Shown: piece after piece, positions 1 to 9,120 of the stretch
How the letters are laid out: each line of letters begins with the position of its first letter
Position numbering within the stretch: position 1 is the first letter of the stretch
Assembly: GCF_000737315.1 (NCBI RefSeq)
Contig: NZ_JMCB01000008.1
Location: 62,001 to 126,000, forward strand
Origin: Hyalangium minutum
GTDB lineage: Bacteria > Myxococcota > Myxococcia > Myxococcales > Myxococcaceae
Direction of reading: 5' to 3'
DNA: 64,000 bases
The notes under the pieces: model-generated
What the model was told of the DNA's origin: nothing
Databases searched by the model: none
The model's input: only the letters and a program-made list of their open reading frames with translations
Program-made: the position numbers and the translations under genes

Positions 1-901
1 CCACGTGGTGCACGTCCTTTGCCCCCGCCGCCCCGTCCGAGCCCATGCCCGTGAGCACCACCGCCAGGGACTTGTGCCCCAGCGCCTTGGACACGCTGGT
101 GAAGAGCCGGTCCACCGACGGCACGTACCGGTCCTTCGCGGCGACCTCGGGCGTCTTCAGCACCAGGTGACCGGCCTGCTCCACCAGCAGCATGTGGCGC
201 CCGCCCGGAGCGATGAAGACGTGGCCAGGGGCCAGACGGTCTCCCTCCTTCGCCTCCGAGACGTGGAACGGGCCAATGCTGTCCAGCCGGTCCGCGAACG
301 CCTTGGTGAACTGGGAGGGCATGTGCTGGCAGACCAGCACGCAGAAGGTGGGCTCGGCCGCGAGCGCCTCCAGGAGCCGCTGCACCGCCGGAGGCCCACC
401 CGTGGACGCGCCCACGGCCACGATGAAGGGGGGCGCCTCGATGGGCTCGCGCTCCCGAGGCAGCCGCGTGGGAAGCCGCCTCGCCCCACCCCCCCGGCGC
501 ACCAGCCGCGCCGCGCGGACCTTCTCCAGCAGCTCCGTGCGCAGTTCCTCGAGCGCCTGCGGCGTCGGCTTGGCCGGCCGGGCGATGAAGTCGAAGGCCC
601 CCAGTTCCAGCGCCTTGAAGACGTCCGCCTTGTGGGTATGGCTGGAGATGACGATGGCCGGCGTGGGAGCGGCGCTCCGCAGCAGCCGCAGGAAGGTGTA
701 CCCGCCCATGCGGGGCATCTCCAGGTCCACCGTCACCACGTCGGGGCGCAGGTCCACCACCTTGCGCAGCCCCTCCTCACCGTCCAGCGCCCAGTCCAGC
801 ACCTGGACATCCGGCTCGGACTCCAGCAGCTGCTTGATGGTCCTCCGGTTGTGCGCCGAATCGTCGATGACGAGCACCGTGGTGGGAGGGCGCGTCGTCA
901 T
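1..901 (-). CDS. cheB: Chemotaxis response regulator protein-glutamate methylesterase (runs off window start)
   Basis: Not in the ORF track because its stop lies outside the window. My translation from ATG 901 gives a receiver domain (VLVIDDSAHNRR...VVTVDLEMPRM) and the catalytic motifs VGASTGGP and CQHMP. ATGA overlap with the cheR stop. Confidence 0.93.
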   Translation of the reverse strand, partial: MTTRPPTTVLVIDDSAHNRRTIKQLLESEPDVQVLDWALDGEEGLRKVVDLRPDVVTVDLEMPRMGGYTFLRLLRSAAPTPAIVISSHTHKADVFKALELGAFDFIARPAKPTPQALEELRTELLEKVRAARLVRRGGGARRLPTRLPREREPIEAPPFIVAVGASTGGPPAVQRLLEALAAEPTFCVLVCQHMPSQFTKAFADRLDSIGPFHVSEAKEGDRLAPGHVFIAPGGRHMLLVEQAGHLVLKTPEVAAKDRYVPSVDRLFTSVSKALGHKSLAVVLTGMGSDGAAGAKDVHHV

Positions 902-1788
902 AGCGTGCCCCTCGGGAGCAGCGGGGGCTTGCGGTACGCCAGGTCGCCTTGCAGGTGCACCAGCTCGAAGTCCGCGCCCAGGTTGAGCAGGTTCTCCGAG
1001 TGGCCCAGCAGCAGATAGCCCCCAGGCACGAGCCGGTCATGGAAGACCTGAAGCACGCGGCGCCGTGCCGGAAGATCGAAGTAGATCATCACGTTGCGGC
1101 AGAACACGGCGTCCACCTTCGGCATCTGGCGGCAGGCCTCCTCGTCCAGCAAGTTGAGCTGCTCGAAGGTCACCCAGGAGCGCACGTCGTCCTTCACCCG
1201 GACCTTGTTGGCCCCGAGCGGGAGGAAGAAGCGCGCCACGTGCTCGGGCGAGGTGGCTCGCAGCGAGGACGGGCCGTACTCGCCCCGGCGGGCCGTGGTC
1301 AGCACCCGGCGGGAGATGTCCGTGCCGTAGACGAGGACATCCCAGCCCTCGAAGCGGCGGCTCTGCTGCAGGAGCATCGCGATGGTGAAGGCCTCCTCTC
1401 CCGTGGAGCAGCCGGCGGACCAGATGCGCAGCCGCTTGAGGGCGCCGTTGCGCTGCTGGAGCGCGGGCAGCAGCTCATCGGTGAAGGCCTGGAGCTGGCC
1501 GGGCTCGCGGAAGAAGTAGGTCTCATGGGTCGTCAGCGCCTCGACGGCGGCCTCCAGCTCCACGCGGCGCTGGGCGTCATAGCGCAGGTAGCGGTGGTAG
1601 CCGGCGAAGTCCCGCAAGCCCAGCGCCTCCAGCCGGGGCCACAGGCGCCGCTCCATGACGAACTTCATGTCCTCGCGCACGAGGATGCCGCAATGGGAGT
1701 AGACATGGTCGCGGAGGAGTCTGAACTCCTCTGCGCTCATCTCCGGCCGGCCTTCTTCGTCGAAGCGTGACCCCACCTGAGCCCCCAT
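898..1788 (-). CDS. cheR: Chemotaxis protein methyltransferase
   Basis: TTHETYFFRE, IWSAGCSTGEE, GTDIS, CRNVMIYF and GGYLLLGHSE motifs. Confidence 0.95.
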   Translation of the reverse strand: MGAQVGSRFDEEGRPEMSAEEFRLLRDHVYSHCGILVREDMKFVMERRLWPRLEALGLRDFAGYHRYLRYDAQRRVELEAAVEALTTHETYFFREPGQLQAFTDELLPALQQRNGALKRLRIWSAGCSTGEEAFTIAMLLQQSRRFEGWDVLVYGTDISRRVLTTARRGEYGPSSLRATSPEHVARFFLPLGANKVRVKDDVRSWVTFEQLNLLDEEACRQMPKVDAVFCRNVMIYFDLPARRRVLQVFHDRLVPGGYLLLGHSENLLNLGADFELVHLQGDLAYRKPPLLPRGTL

Positions 1789-1791
1789 CTC

Positions 1792-3768
1792 TCATCGCCT
1801 CGAGAGGCGCTCCACCGCATCCGTGAGCGCCCGCCGTGCCAGCGCGTCCTGCTCCACCGCCAACGCCGATCGCACAGCCTCTAGACTGTCGCGTCCTCCC
1901 GAATCTCCCAGCACCCGAGCCGCCGTGGCGCGCACGTCCCAGCCGGGGTGCTGCAACAGCTCCACCGCCAGCGCCACACCCTCGGCCGACACCGCTCCGG
2001 CCTGGAGCGCGGCCTTCACCACCTCCGCGTCCGCGTGGCGCGTGGCCTCTCGGAGCACCTGCGGCCGCACGGAGCCAATGCGCCCCAGCGCGCGCACCGC
2101 CCGTCCCGCCAGCGCACCGTCTGGGTGGCTCACCAGCGCCTCGAGCTCGGGCATCCGGTCAGAGGCGCCACACTCGCCCAGCGCCTCCACGGCGGCGAGC
2201 TGCACGGCGATGTCCTCGTCCTGCAGCGCAGGCTTGAGCAGCGCGCCCGCGGAGGGATCTCCTACCCTCCCCACCGCCCGGGCCCCTGCCGCACGCACCG
2301 GCGCCGCCTCGTCCTGCAGCGCCGAGCGGGCCAGCTCCAGCCCCACCGCGGGATCCACGTCCATCGCGGCTCCCAGGGCCGCCGCGCGCAGCAGCGGATC
2401 CGAGGCCCGCGCCAGCTTGCGGAACGTCGGCAGCGCGGCAGTGCCTCCCGCGTGGGCGTACGCGGCCAGTGCGGCCGGAGAGGGCCGCTTCTCGACCACT
2501 TCCTCCAGCGCCGCGAGCACGGCCTCCCGGCAGCCACCGGAGAGAACCCCCAGCGCCCGGACCGCCGCGCCTGCCAGGGCCGGCTCTTCGAGCAACGCCA
2601 CCAGAGGCGCCACCGCATCCGGCGACTGGGTCCGCCCCAGCGCCTTCACGGCCACGGCGCGAAGATCGTCCTCGGCCCACTCCAGCAGCGCGCTCAGCGC
2701 CGGGACATAGGACGGATCCACCATCTCCAGCATCGCCTGGGCGGCGGCTGCACGCGCGGGCAGGGACAGCTCCGCCATGCGCCCGAGCAGCTCACGCCCC
2801 GCCTCGGAGCCGAGCCGGGACAGCGTGCGAATCACTTCGCGCAGCAGCCGATCTTCCCGTGCCGCCTCCGCCACCGCGATGGCGAGCGAAGGCTCCCGCA
2901 GGGCCCCGGCCGCCACGAGCGCTCCGGCCCGAACAGGCATGTCCTCGTTCTCGAAGGCGCGGGTGACGAACTCCACGGCCTCGGGCACGCGCTTGAGGGC
3001 GGCACGCGTCTGGGCGTCAATCTCCGCGCGCAGGGTGCCGTCCGCCACGCTGGCCTGGCTGCCCAGGGCGCCCAGCGCGGCCTCGCGGATGGAGCGGACC
3101 TCCGAGCCCAGCCCCCGGCTGATGAGCTCCGTGGCGGCCACCTGGGGAATGAGCCCCATGACGCGGTAGGCGCTGCGGCGCAGCAGCGGATCACTCAGCA
3201 GGGGAACCACCACGGGCAGCGGCGGCGGCCACTGAAGCTGCGAGAGCGCCTCCAGCACGGCCAGCCGCAGCAGCGTCTCGGGCTCCTTGAGCAAGCCCTC
3301 CAGGGCGCGCGCCCCGGCATCCGAGCCCAGCCGCCCCAGCGCCTCCACGGCGGAGACGCGGACGTTGAGATCCGAGTCCGCCAGCGCGCCAATCAGCGCG
3401 CTCTCCGACGCGCGCCGCCCCAGCTGCCCGAGGATGTCCGCGGCGAACTTCCGCTGATCGGGATCCTCATGGGTCAGCAGCCGGATGAGCGGCGCCACCG
3501 ACACATCCCCGAGCCCCACGAGGGCCTCGGCGGCGGCGTTGCGAGCCCCCGTCTCACCGCGCTCGCCCAGGACGGCGACGAGCCGCTGAGCCACCTGCGT
3601 GAGGGAGGGCAGCCGCCGCAGGGCCTCGGACGCAGCCCGGCGCACGCGCCAGCTCTCGTCGTGGAGGCCCTGAATGAGCGCATCGAGCGCGGTAGGGCTC
3701 GCGGGGTCCACCGCGAGCACCGCCTGGTAACGCTCCTCCTCGGGCTGGGGAGCGAGCACGTGGGTCAC
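1792..3768 (-). CDS. HEAT/PBS-lyase repeat protein in chemosensory cluster
   Basis: Tandem repeats such as DESWRVRRAASEAL, DPDQRKFAADILG and DLNVRVSAVEALG. Start placed at GTG 3768, which overlaps the cheW stop (GTGA). Confidence 0.85.
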   Translation of the reverse strand: MTHVLAPQPEEERYQAVLAVDPASPTALDALIQGLHDESWRVRRAASEALRRLPSLTQVAQRLVAVLGERGETGARNAAAEALVGLGDVSVAPLIRLLTHEDPDQRKFAADILGQLGRRASESALIGALADSDLNVRVSAVEALGRLGSDAGARALEGLLKEPETLLRLAVLEALSQLQWPPPLPVVVPLLSDPLLRRSAYRVMGLIPQVAATELISRGLGSEVRSIREAALGALGSQASVADGTLRAEIDAQTRAALKRVPEAVEFVTRAFENEDMPVRAGALVAAGALREPSLAIAVAEAAREDRLLREVIRTLSRLGSEAGRELLGRMAELSLPARAAAAQAMLEMVDPSYVPALSALLEWAEDDLRAVAVKALGRTQSPDAVAPLVALLEEPALAGAAVRALGVLSGGCREAVLAALEEVVEKRPSPAALAAYAHAGGTAALPTFRKLARASDPLLRAAALGAAMDVDPAVGLELARSALQDEAAPVRAAGARAVGRVGDPSAGALLKPALQDEDIAVQLAAVEALGECGASDRMPELEALVSHPDGALAGRAVRALGRIGSVRPQVLREATRHADAEVVKAALQAGAVSAEGVALAVELLQHPGWDVRATAARVLGDSGGRDSLEAVRSALAVEQDALARRALTDAVERLSRR

Positions 3769-4286
3769 GCCTCGCCTCCCATCCGCTTCGCCTCCCGCTC
3801 CACCTCCGAGCGCAGCAGCACCTTGATGTCCAGCAGCAGCCGCGGGCGCTCCACCGTCCCGCACACGCCCACCACGAACGGCGTACGGCCCGGCGACAGC
3901 AGCGCCGGCGCAGGCTTGATCTCACTGCGGCGCACCCGCATGACCTCCGTGACCCGATCCACCCTGAGCGCCAACCTCCTCCGGCCTACCAGGCATACCA
4001 GCAACCGGGTCTTCTGGGAGGCCGGAGCCTCCACGGTGTTCAACCGCTGGCGCAGATCCACCACCGGCAGCAGGGCCCCGCGCAGGTGCAGCATGCCCTC
4101 GACGAACGAGGGCGCTCGCGGCACGGGGATGACACGCTGAGGTGGGAGGATCTCTTCCACGCGCATGATGTCGACAACGTACTCCTCACGGCCCACGGAG
4201 AAGCAGCACAGCTGCACGAGCGGGTCACGGGGCGCCGAGTCCTCGGGGCGGGGGCGGCGCGTGGTCAGGGTCACCGGCTCTCTCAT
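3765..4286 (-). CDS. cheW: CheW scaffold protein
   Basis: FSVGREEYVVDIMRVEEI, VPRAPSFVEGMLHLRGALLPVVDL. Start ATG 4286 overlaps the upstream stop. Confidence 0.9.
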   Translation of the reverse strand: MREPVTLTTRRPRPEDSAPRDPLVQLCCFSVGREEYVVDIMRVEEILPPQRVIPVPRAPSFVEGMLHLRGALLPVVDLRQRLNTVEAPASQKTRLLVCLVGRRRLALRVDRVTEVMRVRRSEIKPAPALLSPGRTPFVVGVCGTVERPRLLLDIKVLLRSEVEREAKRMGGEA

Positions 4287-4843
4287 GCGAGCGCCTGCTG
4301 AATGTCGAGGAGAATGTAGAGCTGCGAGTTGCGGCGGCCGATGCCCACCACACAGTCGCGCTCGCCGCCGAGCCCCTGCGGGGCCGGCTCCAGCATGGAG
4401 GGCTTGAGGCGGACCACGTCCCGGACCGAGTCCACCCACACACCCGCGGGGCCCTCCTCCGTATGGGCCACGAGGATGCGGGCCTGGCGCGGAGGCGGCG
4501 GCGCATCGGGGCCCGCCACCACGGAGGCCGTGTCGGTCAACCTCAGCCGCATCTTCAAGTCATACACGGGGATGACATCCCCCCGCAGGTTCATCACGCC
4601 CAGCAGCCCGGCCTCCGCTCGAGGAATCTCCGTCAACGGGGGCACCTTGCCGATCTCCCGGATGGAGGTGATGGGGACAGCGTAGCACTCGTCCTCCAGG
4701 ACGAAGGCCAGGTACTCCTCGGGCGTCTCCTCGGGGATGAGGGGCTGAAGCTCGTCGCTGCCCGCAGCGAACTCCAACAGGCCCCCGACGTCCTCGTCCG
4801 GCCGGTAGAAGAAGTCATCGAGCAGTGCGGAGAAGCGCGACAC
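4283..4843 (-). CDS. cheW: CheW scaffold protein (second copy)
   Basis: YAVPITSIREI, GVMNLRGDVIPVYDL, VWVDSVRDV. Confidence 0.92.
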   Translation of the reverse strand: MSRFSALLDDFFYRPDEDVGGLLEFAAGSDELQPLIPEETPEEYLAFVLEDECYAVPITSIREIGKVPPLTEIPRAEAGLLGVMNLRGDVIPVYDLKMRLRLTDTASVVAGPDAPPPPRQARILVAHTEEGPAGVWVDSVRDVVRLKPSMLEPAPQGLGGERDCVVGIGRRNSQLYILLDIQQALA

Positions 4844-4879
4844 GGGCAGAGAAGAATAGCAGCCCCGGGGCCCCTTGCG

Positions 4880-7219
4880 TCACGCCCAGCGACGCTCGGG
4901 CCCCATTCCATCTTCAAGCAGTGCCGCGACATCCAGAACGAGCACGGTTCTCCGGTTTCCCAGATCCGTCGCGCCTGAGATGCCTCGCACGGACTGGAGC
5001 CGGCCGCCCAGCGGCTTGGTGACGATGTCCTGCTGGCCGAAGAGCTCGTCCACGGCGATGCCCATGCGCTCCTGCGCCAAGCCCACCACCACCACGAAGT
5101 GGCGGCCGGTGTTGCGCTCGGGGAGCTTGAAGAGACGGGCCAGCCGGGTGAACGGCAGCGTCTGTCCGCGCAAGTCCAGCACCTCGCGCCGCTCCACGGT
5201 GCGGATGTCCTTGGGCTGCACGGAGAGGATCTCCAGCACGCTGTTGAGCGGCACCGCGTAGGTCCGCCCACTCACCCCCACCACCAGGGCGCGGATGATG
5301 GCCAGCGTAAGCGGGAGGGTGAGCTGGAAGGCCGTCCCCCGCCCGCGCTCGCTCCACACGTCGATGAGGCCCGACAGGTTGCTGATGTTGTTCTTCACCA
5401 CGTCCAGGCCCACACCGCGGCCGGACAGCTCGGACACGTTGCGAGCGGTGGAGAAGCCCGGCAGGAAGATGAGGTTGAGCAGCTCCCGCCGGGTCATCTC
5501 GTGGGCCTGGGCCTCGGTGATGAGCCCCTTCTGAATGGCCACCTCGCGGACGCGCAGCTCGTCGATGCCGGAGCCGTCGTCGCTCACCTCGATGACGACG
5601 TGGTTGCCCTTCTGCTCGGCCCTCAGCGACACGGTGGCGCGGCGCGACTTGCCCGCGGCCACCCGGGCCTCCGGGGGCTCCACGCCGTGATCGATGGCGT
5701 TGCGGATGATGTGCATCAGCGGATCGCTCAGCTCCTCGACGATGAGCTTGTCCAGCTCCACCTCACCGCCGCTGCTCAGGAAGTCGATCTCCTTGCCGGC
5801 CTCGCGGGCGATGCGGCGCACCAGCCGGGCCAGCTTGTCGAAGACCTGGCCCACCGGGACCATGCGCGCCTCGAGCAACCCGCCCTGGAGCGCGTCCAGC
5901 TTGCGCTCGAGCTGCCGCGTCTCGCGCGCCAGCTCCGTCACCCAGGCCTTGGAGAGCACCAGCGTGCCCTCCTGCCGCGCCGTCTCCGCCATGCGCTGGA
6001 GGTTGGCCTTGATGAGCAGCAGCTCGCCCACCGTGTTCATCAGCCCGTCCAGGCGGCGGATGTCCACGCGCACCGTCTGAGTCAGCGAGCGCAGCGAGGT
6101 GTCCGGGTCGATCTTCGGCCCCCGGGAGATCGGTTCACCCGTAGCGCCATCGACGACCTCGGTGATGCCCAGGTCGGCCACCGGGGGCGGCGTCATCAAC
6201 GGCGGAGGGAGCTCGTCATCCGGCACCGGGGGCGGAGGCAGCACAGCACCCGCCCCCTTGGCCGGCTTCGCGCCCGAGCGTCCCTTGGCCAGGGCCTTGG
6301 ACTCCTCGGCGGGAGTCGGCGCGGGGGTGACCACCTTCGCCGGAGCAGTGGGAGTCGGCGGCGGAGTCGCAACGCTCTTGGTGGGAAGCGGAGCTTCGGG
6401 GGAGCGGGCCACCACTGTCGTCCGGGGAGGCTCGCGGGGGGCCGGAGGCGCCGAGCGTCCCGGAACCGGGGCACGCACCCCGAGCTGGGAGAGCTGCGCA
6501 GGGGTGCCATCGAGCGCCTCGGACAGCTCGGGGCCGGACACCTTCGAGCCGAAGATGAGATCGAACGCGATGCCACTGGCGCTGCTGGGCTGGGCCGAGG
6601 GCAGCGTGCTGATGATCTCGCCCACGGGCTTGAGGCGGGAGTTCAGCTCGGCCAGGCCCTTGTCGAAGTCGGACAAGTCAAAGTCGGCGCGCACGCGCCA
6701 CAGCGCCACGCCCCGGCGGACGTTCTCCCGCAGCCGGTGCTCCTCGTACTCGGTGAAGACGGCGCGCACCTGGGAGTCCAGGTCCAGGCGGTCGAGCGGA
6801 TCCTCCTCGCCCGGAGCCGAGGGCTCGCCCAGGTGGGAGAAGCGCTCGATGAGCCCCTCCACCCGCGAGGACTGCGAGGACGAGGTCTCCCCGCGCGAAG
6901 CATCCACGAGCAGGGACTGGAGCACGTCCAGGGCCTCGACGAGCGAGTCCAGGGTGGTGTCGTCCAGGACGAGCTTGCCCAGCCGGAGCCGGTCCAGCAG
7001 GTCCTCCATGCCGTGGGCGAGCCGGGCGATGCGGTCCTGGCCGAACAGCCCCGCGAGCCCCTTGAGCGAGTGGGCGGCGCGGAAGATGCCGTTGATGAGA
7101 TCGGGGTCGACCTCCTGCCCCCGGCGCTCGTCGAGCGTGAGCAGGTCCTTGTTGAGCGTGTCGAGGATCTCCGTCGCCTCGGCGACGAACTCGGCCAGCG
7201 CTTTGCCTCCCTGGTTCAC
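4880..7219 (-). CDS. cheA: Chemotaxis histidine kinase CheA
   Basis: Hpt IFRAAHSLKG, P2-like domain, Pro-rich linker, dimerisation VRVDIRRLD, HIIRNAIDHG, DDGSG, GRGVGLDVV and C-terminal CheW domain. Confidence 0.96.
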   Translation of the reverse strand: MNQGGKALAEFVAEATEILDTLNKDLLTLDERRGQEVDPDLINGIFRAAHSLKGLAGLFGQDRIARLAHGMEDLLDRLRLGKLVLDDTTLDSLVEALDVLQSLLVDASRGETSSSQSSRVEGLIERFSHLGEPSAPGEEDPLDRLDLDSQVRAVFTEYEEHRLRENVRRGVALWRVRADFDLSDFDKGLAELNSRLKPVGEIISTLPSAQPSSASGIAFDLIFGSKVSGPELSEALDGTPAQLSQLGVRAPVPGRSAPPAPREPPRTTVVARSPEAPLPTKSVATPPPTPTAPAKVVTPAPTPAEESKALAKGRSGAKPAKGAGAVLPPPPVPDDELPPPLMTPPPVADLGITEVVDGATGEPISRGPKIDPDTSLRSLTQTVRVDIRRLDGLMNTVGELLLIKANLQRMAETARQEGTLVLSKAWVTELARETRQLERKLDALQGGLLEARMVPVGQVFDKLARLVRRIAREAGKEIDFLSSGGEVELDKLIVEELSDPLMHIIRNAIDHGVEPPEARVAAGKSRRATVSLRAEQKGNHVVIEVSDDGSGIDELRVREVAIQKGLITEAQAHEMTRRELLNLIFLPGFSTARNVSELSGRGVGLDVVKNNISNLSGLIDVWSERGRGTAFQLTLPLTLAIIRALVVGVSGRTYAVPLNSVLEILSVQPKDIRTVERREVLDLRGQTLPFTRLARLFKLPERNTGRHFVVVVGLAQERMGIAVDELFGQQDIVTKPLGGRLQSVRGISGATDLGNRRTVLVLDVAALLEDGMGPERRWA

Positions 7220-7238
7220 GGCGGCGGGGCTCTCCGGC

Positions 7239-7613
7239 TCAGGCCAGCTTCAGGTAGCGCCGCAGCAGCGCGGTCAGATCATCCGGCTTGAACGGCTTGA
7301 CCAGGTACTCGGCGGCCCCGAGCGCCATGCCGCGATCCCGATCCTGCTCACGCCCCTCGGTGGTGATGATGAACAGGGGGGTGTCGCGGTAGTTCGGGTT
7401 CTTCTTGACGAAGTTGATCAGCTCCAGCCCGTTGATGTCGGGCATGTTGATGTCGGTGATGATCAGATCGAAGCGGTGACGCGGCAGCAGCTTGAGGGCC
7501 TCGAAGCCGCTGGCGGTGGTGAAGGCCTCGACTCCGGAGACGGACTCTACCGTGGCGGCGATGAACTCGCGCGACGCCTTGGAGTCCTCCACGATCAAGA
7601 CCTTGAGTCCCAT
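7239..7613 (-). CDS. cheY: Single-domain response regulator (CheY-like)
   Basis: LIVEDS...LIITDINMPDING...YLVKPF; first gene of the che cluster. Confidence 0.88.
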   Translation of the reverse strand: MGLKVLIVEDSKASREFIAATVESVSGVEAFTTASGFEALKLLPRHRFDLIITDINMPDINGLELINFVKKNPNYRDTPLFIITTEGREQDRDRGMALGAAEYLVKPFKPDDLTALLRRYLKLA

Positions 7614-7673
7614 GTGGCCGGAAATGTTAGCAGAACCTCGACAGTGAGGTGATTCTTTGGCCGGACCTACCCG

Positions 7674-8162
7674 TCAGGACTTCTTCACGGGAAGGAGCTT
7701 CGCCAGAGACTTATCGGCCAGCACGGTAACGCGCTTCCCCTTGAAGCCCGGGAGGAAGTGCTGCTGGAGGGCCTCGGCCTGGGCGGCCTCGTCCACCTTG
7801 CCCCCGAAGGGAAGCTCCAGGGCCACGGACTCGACATTTGCCTTGGCGAGCACCTGGGCTGCATTGGCCAGGACCCGGCGCAGGGTGGCGGTGTCCAGGT
7901 TCTTCCGGGTGCCCAGGCCCACCGCGAAGATGCGGCCCATGGGCATCCGCCCGTCCGTGGGCAGCAGGAGCCAGTCTTCCTTCACGCCAGTGAAGAAGCC
8001 GCCCTTGAGCACCCGGGACAGGGAGCCGCACAGCCGCCAATCCACGTAGCCGGCGGTGCCGGGCAGGGGCCGGTCATCCTCGGCCACGAAGAGGCAGAGG
8101 GCGTCCACCCCGGTCAGGGCATCCAGGCCTTCGAGGCCGATCTCGTAGGTGGAGACGCTCAC
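7674..8162 (-). CDS. Stand-alone M17 (leucyl aminopeptidase) N-terminal-like domain protein
   Basis: VDWRLCGSLSRVLKGGFFTG...LLLPTDGRMPMGRIFAVGLG resembles the PepA N-domain; no catalytic domain follows. Confidence 0.6.
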   Translation of the reverse strand: MSVSTYEIGLEGLDALTGVDALCLFVAEDDRPLPGTAGYVDWRLCGSLSRVLKGGFFTGVKEDWLLLPTDGRMPMGRIFAVGLGTRKNLDTATLRRVLANAAQVLAKANVESVALELPFGGKVDEAAQAEALQQHFLPGFKGKRVTVLADKSLAKLLPVKKS

Positions 8163-8584
8163 GGCTTTCCGAGGGACACCGCGACGCGGTCGAGCAGGCC
8201 GTTGACGAAGGCGCTGGACTCCTCCGTGCCGAAGTTCTTGCCCAGCTCCACGGCCTCGTTGATGGAGACCTTCTTGGGAATGTCCGGGCGGTACTTCAGC
8301 TCGAAGACGCCCAGGCGCAGCACGTTCCGGTCGATGCGGGACATGCGGTCCAGCCGCCAGTTGTGGCTGTGCTTCTCGATGAGCTCGTCAATCTCCTTCT
8401 GGTTCGCCCGGACGCCCTCGACGAGCTCCTGGGCGAACTTGACGGCGTCGGGGTCCGGCTTGCCCTCCTCGGTGGAGGCGGACCACGCGGACGCGAGCGC
8501 CTCGTAGGAGGAGAGGTTGTCGGCCATGTCCAACTGGTAGAGCGCCTGCAGCGCGCGCTCGCGGCCGGTTCTGCGAGCCCCCAT
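8159..8584 (-). CDS. nusB: Transcription antitermination factor NusB
   Basis: RRTGRERALQALYQ, NWRLDRMSRIDRNVLR, INEAVELGKNFG, FVNGLLD. Confidence 0.96.
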   Translation of the reverse strand: MGARRTGRERALQALYQLDMADNLSSYEALASAWSASTEEGKPDPDAVKFAQELVEGVRANQKEIDELIEKHSHNWRLDRMSRIDRNVLRLGVFELKYRPDIPKKVSINEAVELGKNFGTEESSAFVNGLLDRVAVSLGKP

Positions 8585-8587
8585 GAG

Positions 8588-9085
8588 CTAGCCCCTCTTT
8601 CCTTCCGCCATCTTCGCGTAGAGGTTCACCATCTCCAGGCAGGCCATGGCGGCCTCGGCGCCCTTGTTGCCCGCCTTCACGCCAGCCCGATCGATGGCCT
8701 GCTCCACTGTGTCCGTCGTCAGCACGCCGAAGGTGACGGAGACCGGCTTCTGCAGGGCCGCGCCGGAGAAGGCCACCGAGCCGATACCCTTGGAGCACTC
8801 GCCCGCCACATAGTCGAAGTGGGGGGTGCCGCCGCGGATGACGGCGCCCAGGGTGACGACGCCCACGTAGCTCTGAGTCTCCGTAACACGGCGCGTCAAA
8901 CCGGGCAGCTCATAGGTACCGGGGCAGCGGTAGACGTCGATGTCCGAGTCCGCCACGCCATGGCGCACGAGCGAGTCCACGGCGCCCTTCACCAGCTCCT
9001 CGGTGATGAACGCGTTGAAGCGGGCCACGCAGATGGCAAAGCGGCCCTTGGGAGGCAGGAAATCACCTTCGATGTAGCGAGGCAT
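8588..9085 (-). CDS. ribH: 6,7-dimethyl-8-ribityllumazine synthase
   Basis: ARFNAFIT, PGTYELP, GAVIRGGTPHFDYV, KAGNKGAEAA. Confidence 0.96.
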   Translation of the reverse strand: MPRYIEGDFLPPKGRFAICVARFNAFITEELVKGAVDSLVRHGVADSDIDVYRCPGTYELPGLTRRVTETQSYVGVVTLGAVIRGGTPHFDYVAGECSKGIGSVAFSGAALQKPVSVTFGVLTTDTVEQAIDRAGVKAGNKGAEAAMACLEMVNLYAKMAEGKRG

Positions 9086-9120
9086 GGAGTGCTTCCTACA
9101 CCAGCGCCGGGCTCACGTCT

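Noticed and set aside
1792-3768. Repetitive DNA suggesting an array
   Set aside because: Explained by protein-level HEAT repeats; no identical nucleotide repeats with spacers. No CRISPR array was seen anywhere in the window.
5-7652. Long plus-strand ORFs (e.g. 1948-4140, 5099-7291, 6099-7652)
   Set aside because: Antisense shadows of the che genes, expected at high GC; no recognisable motifs.
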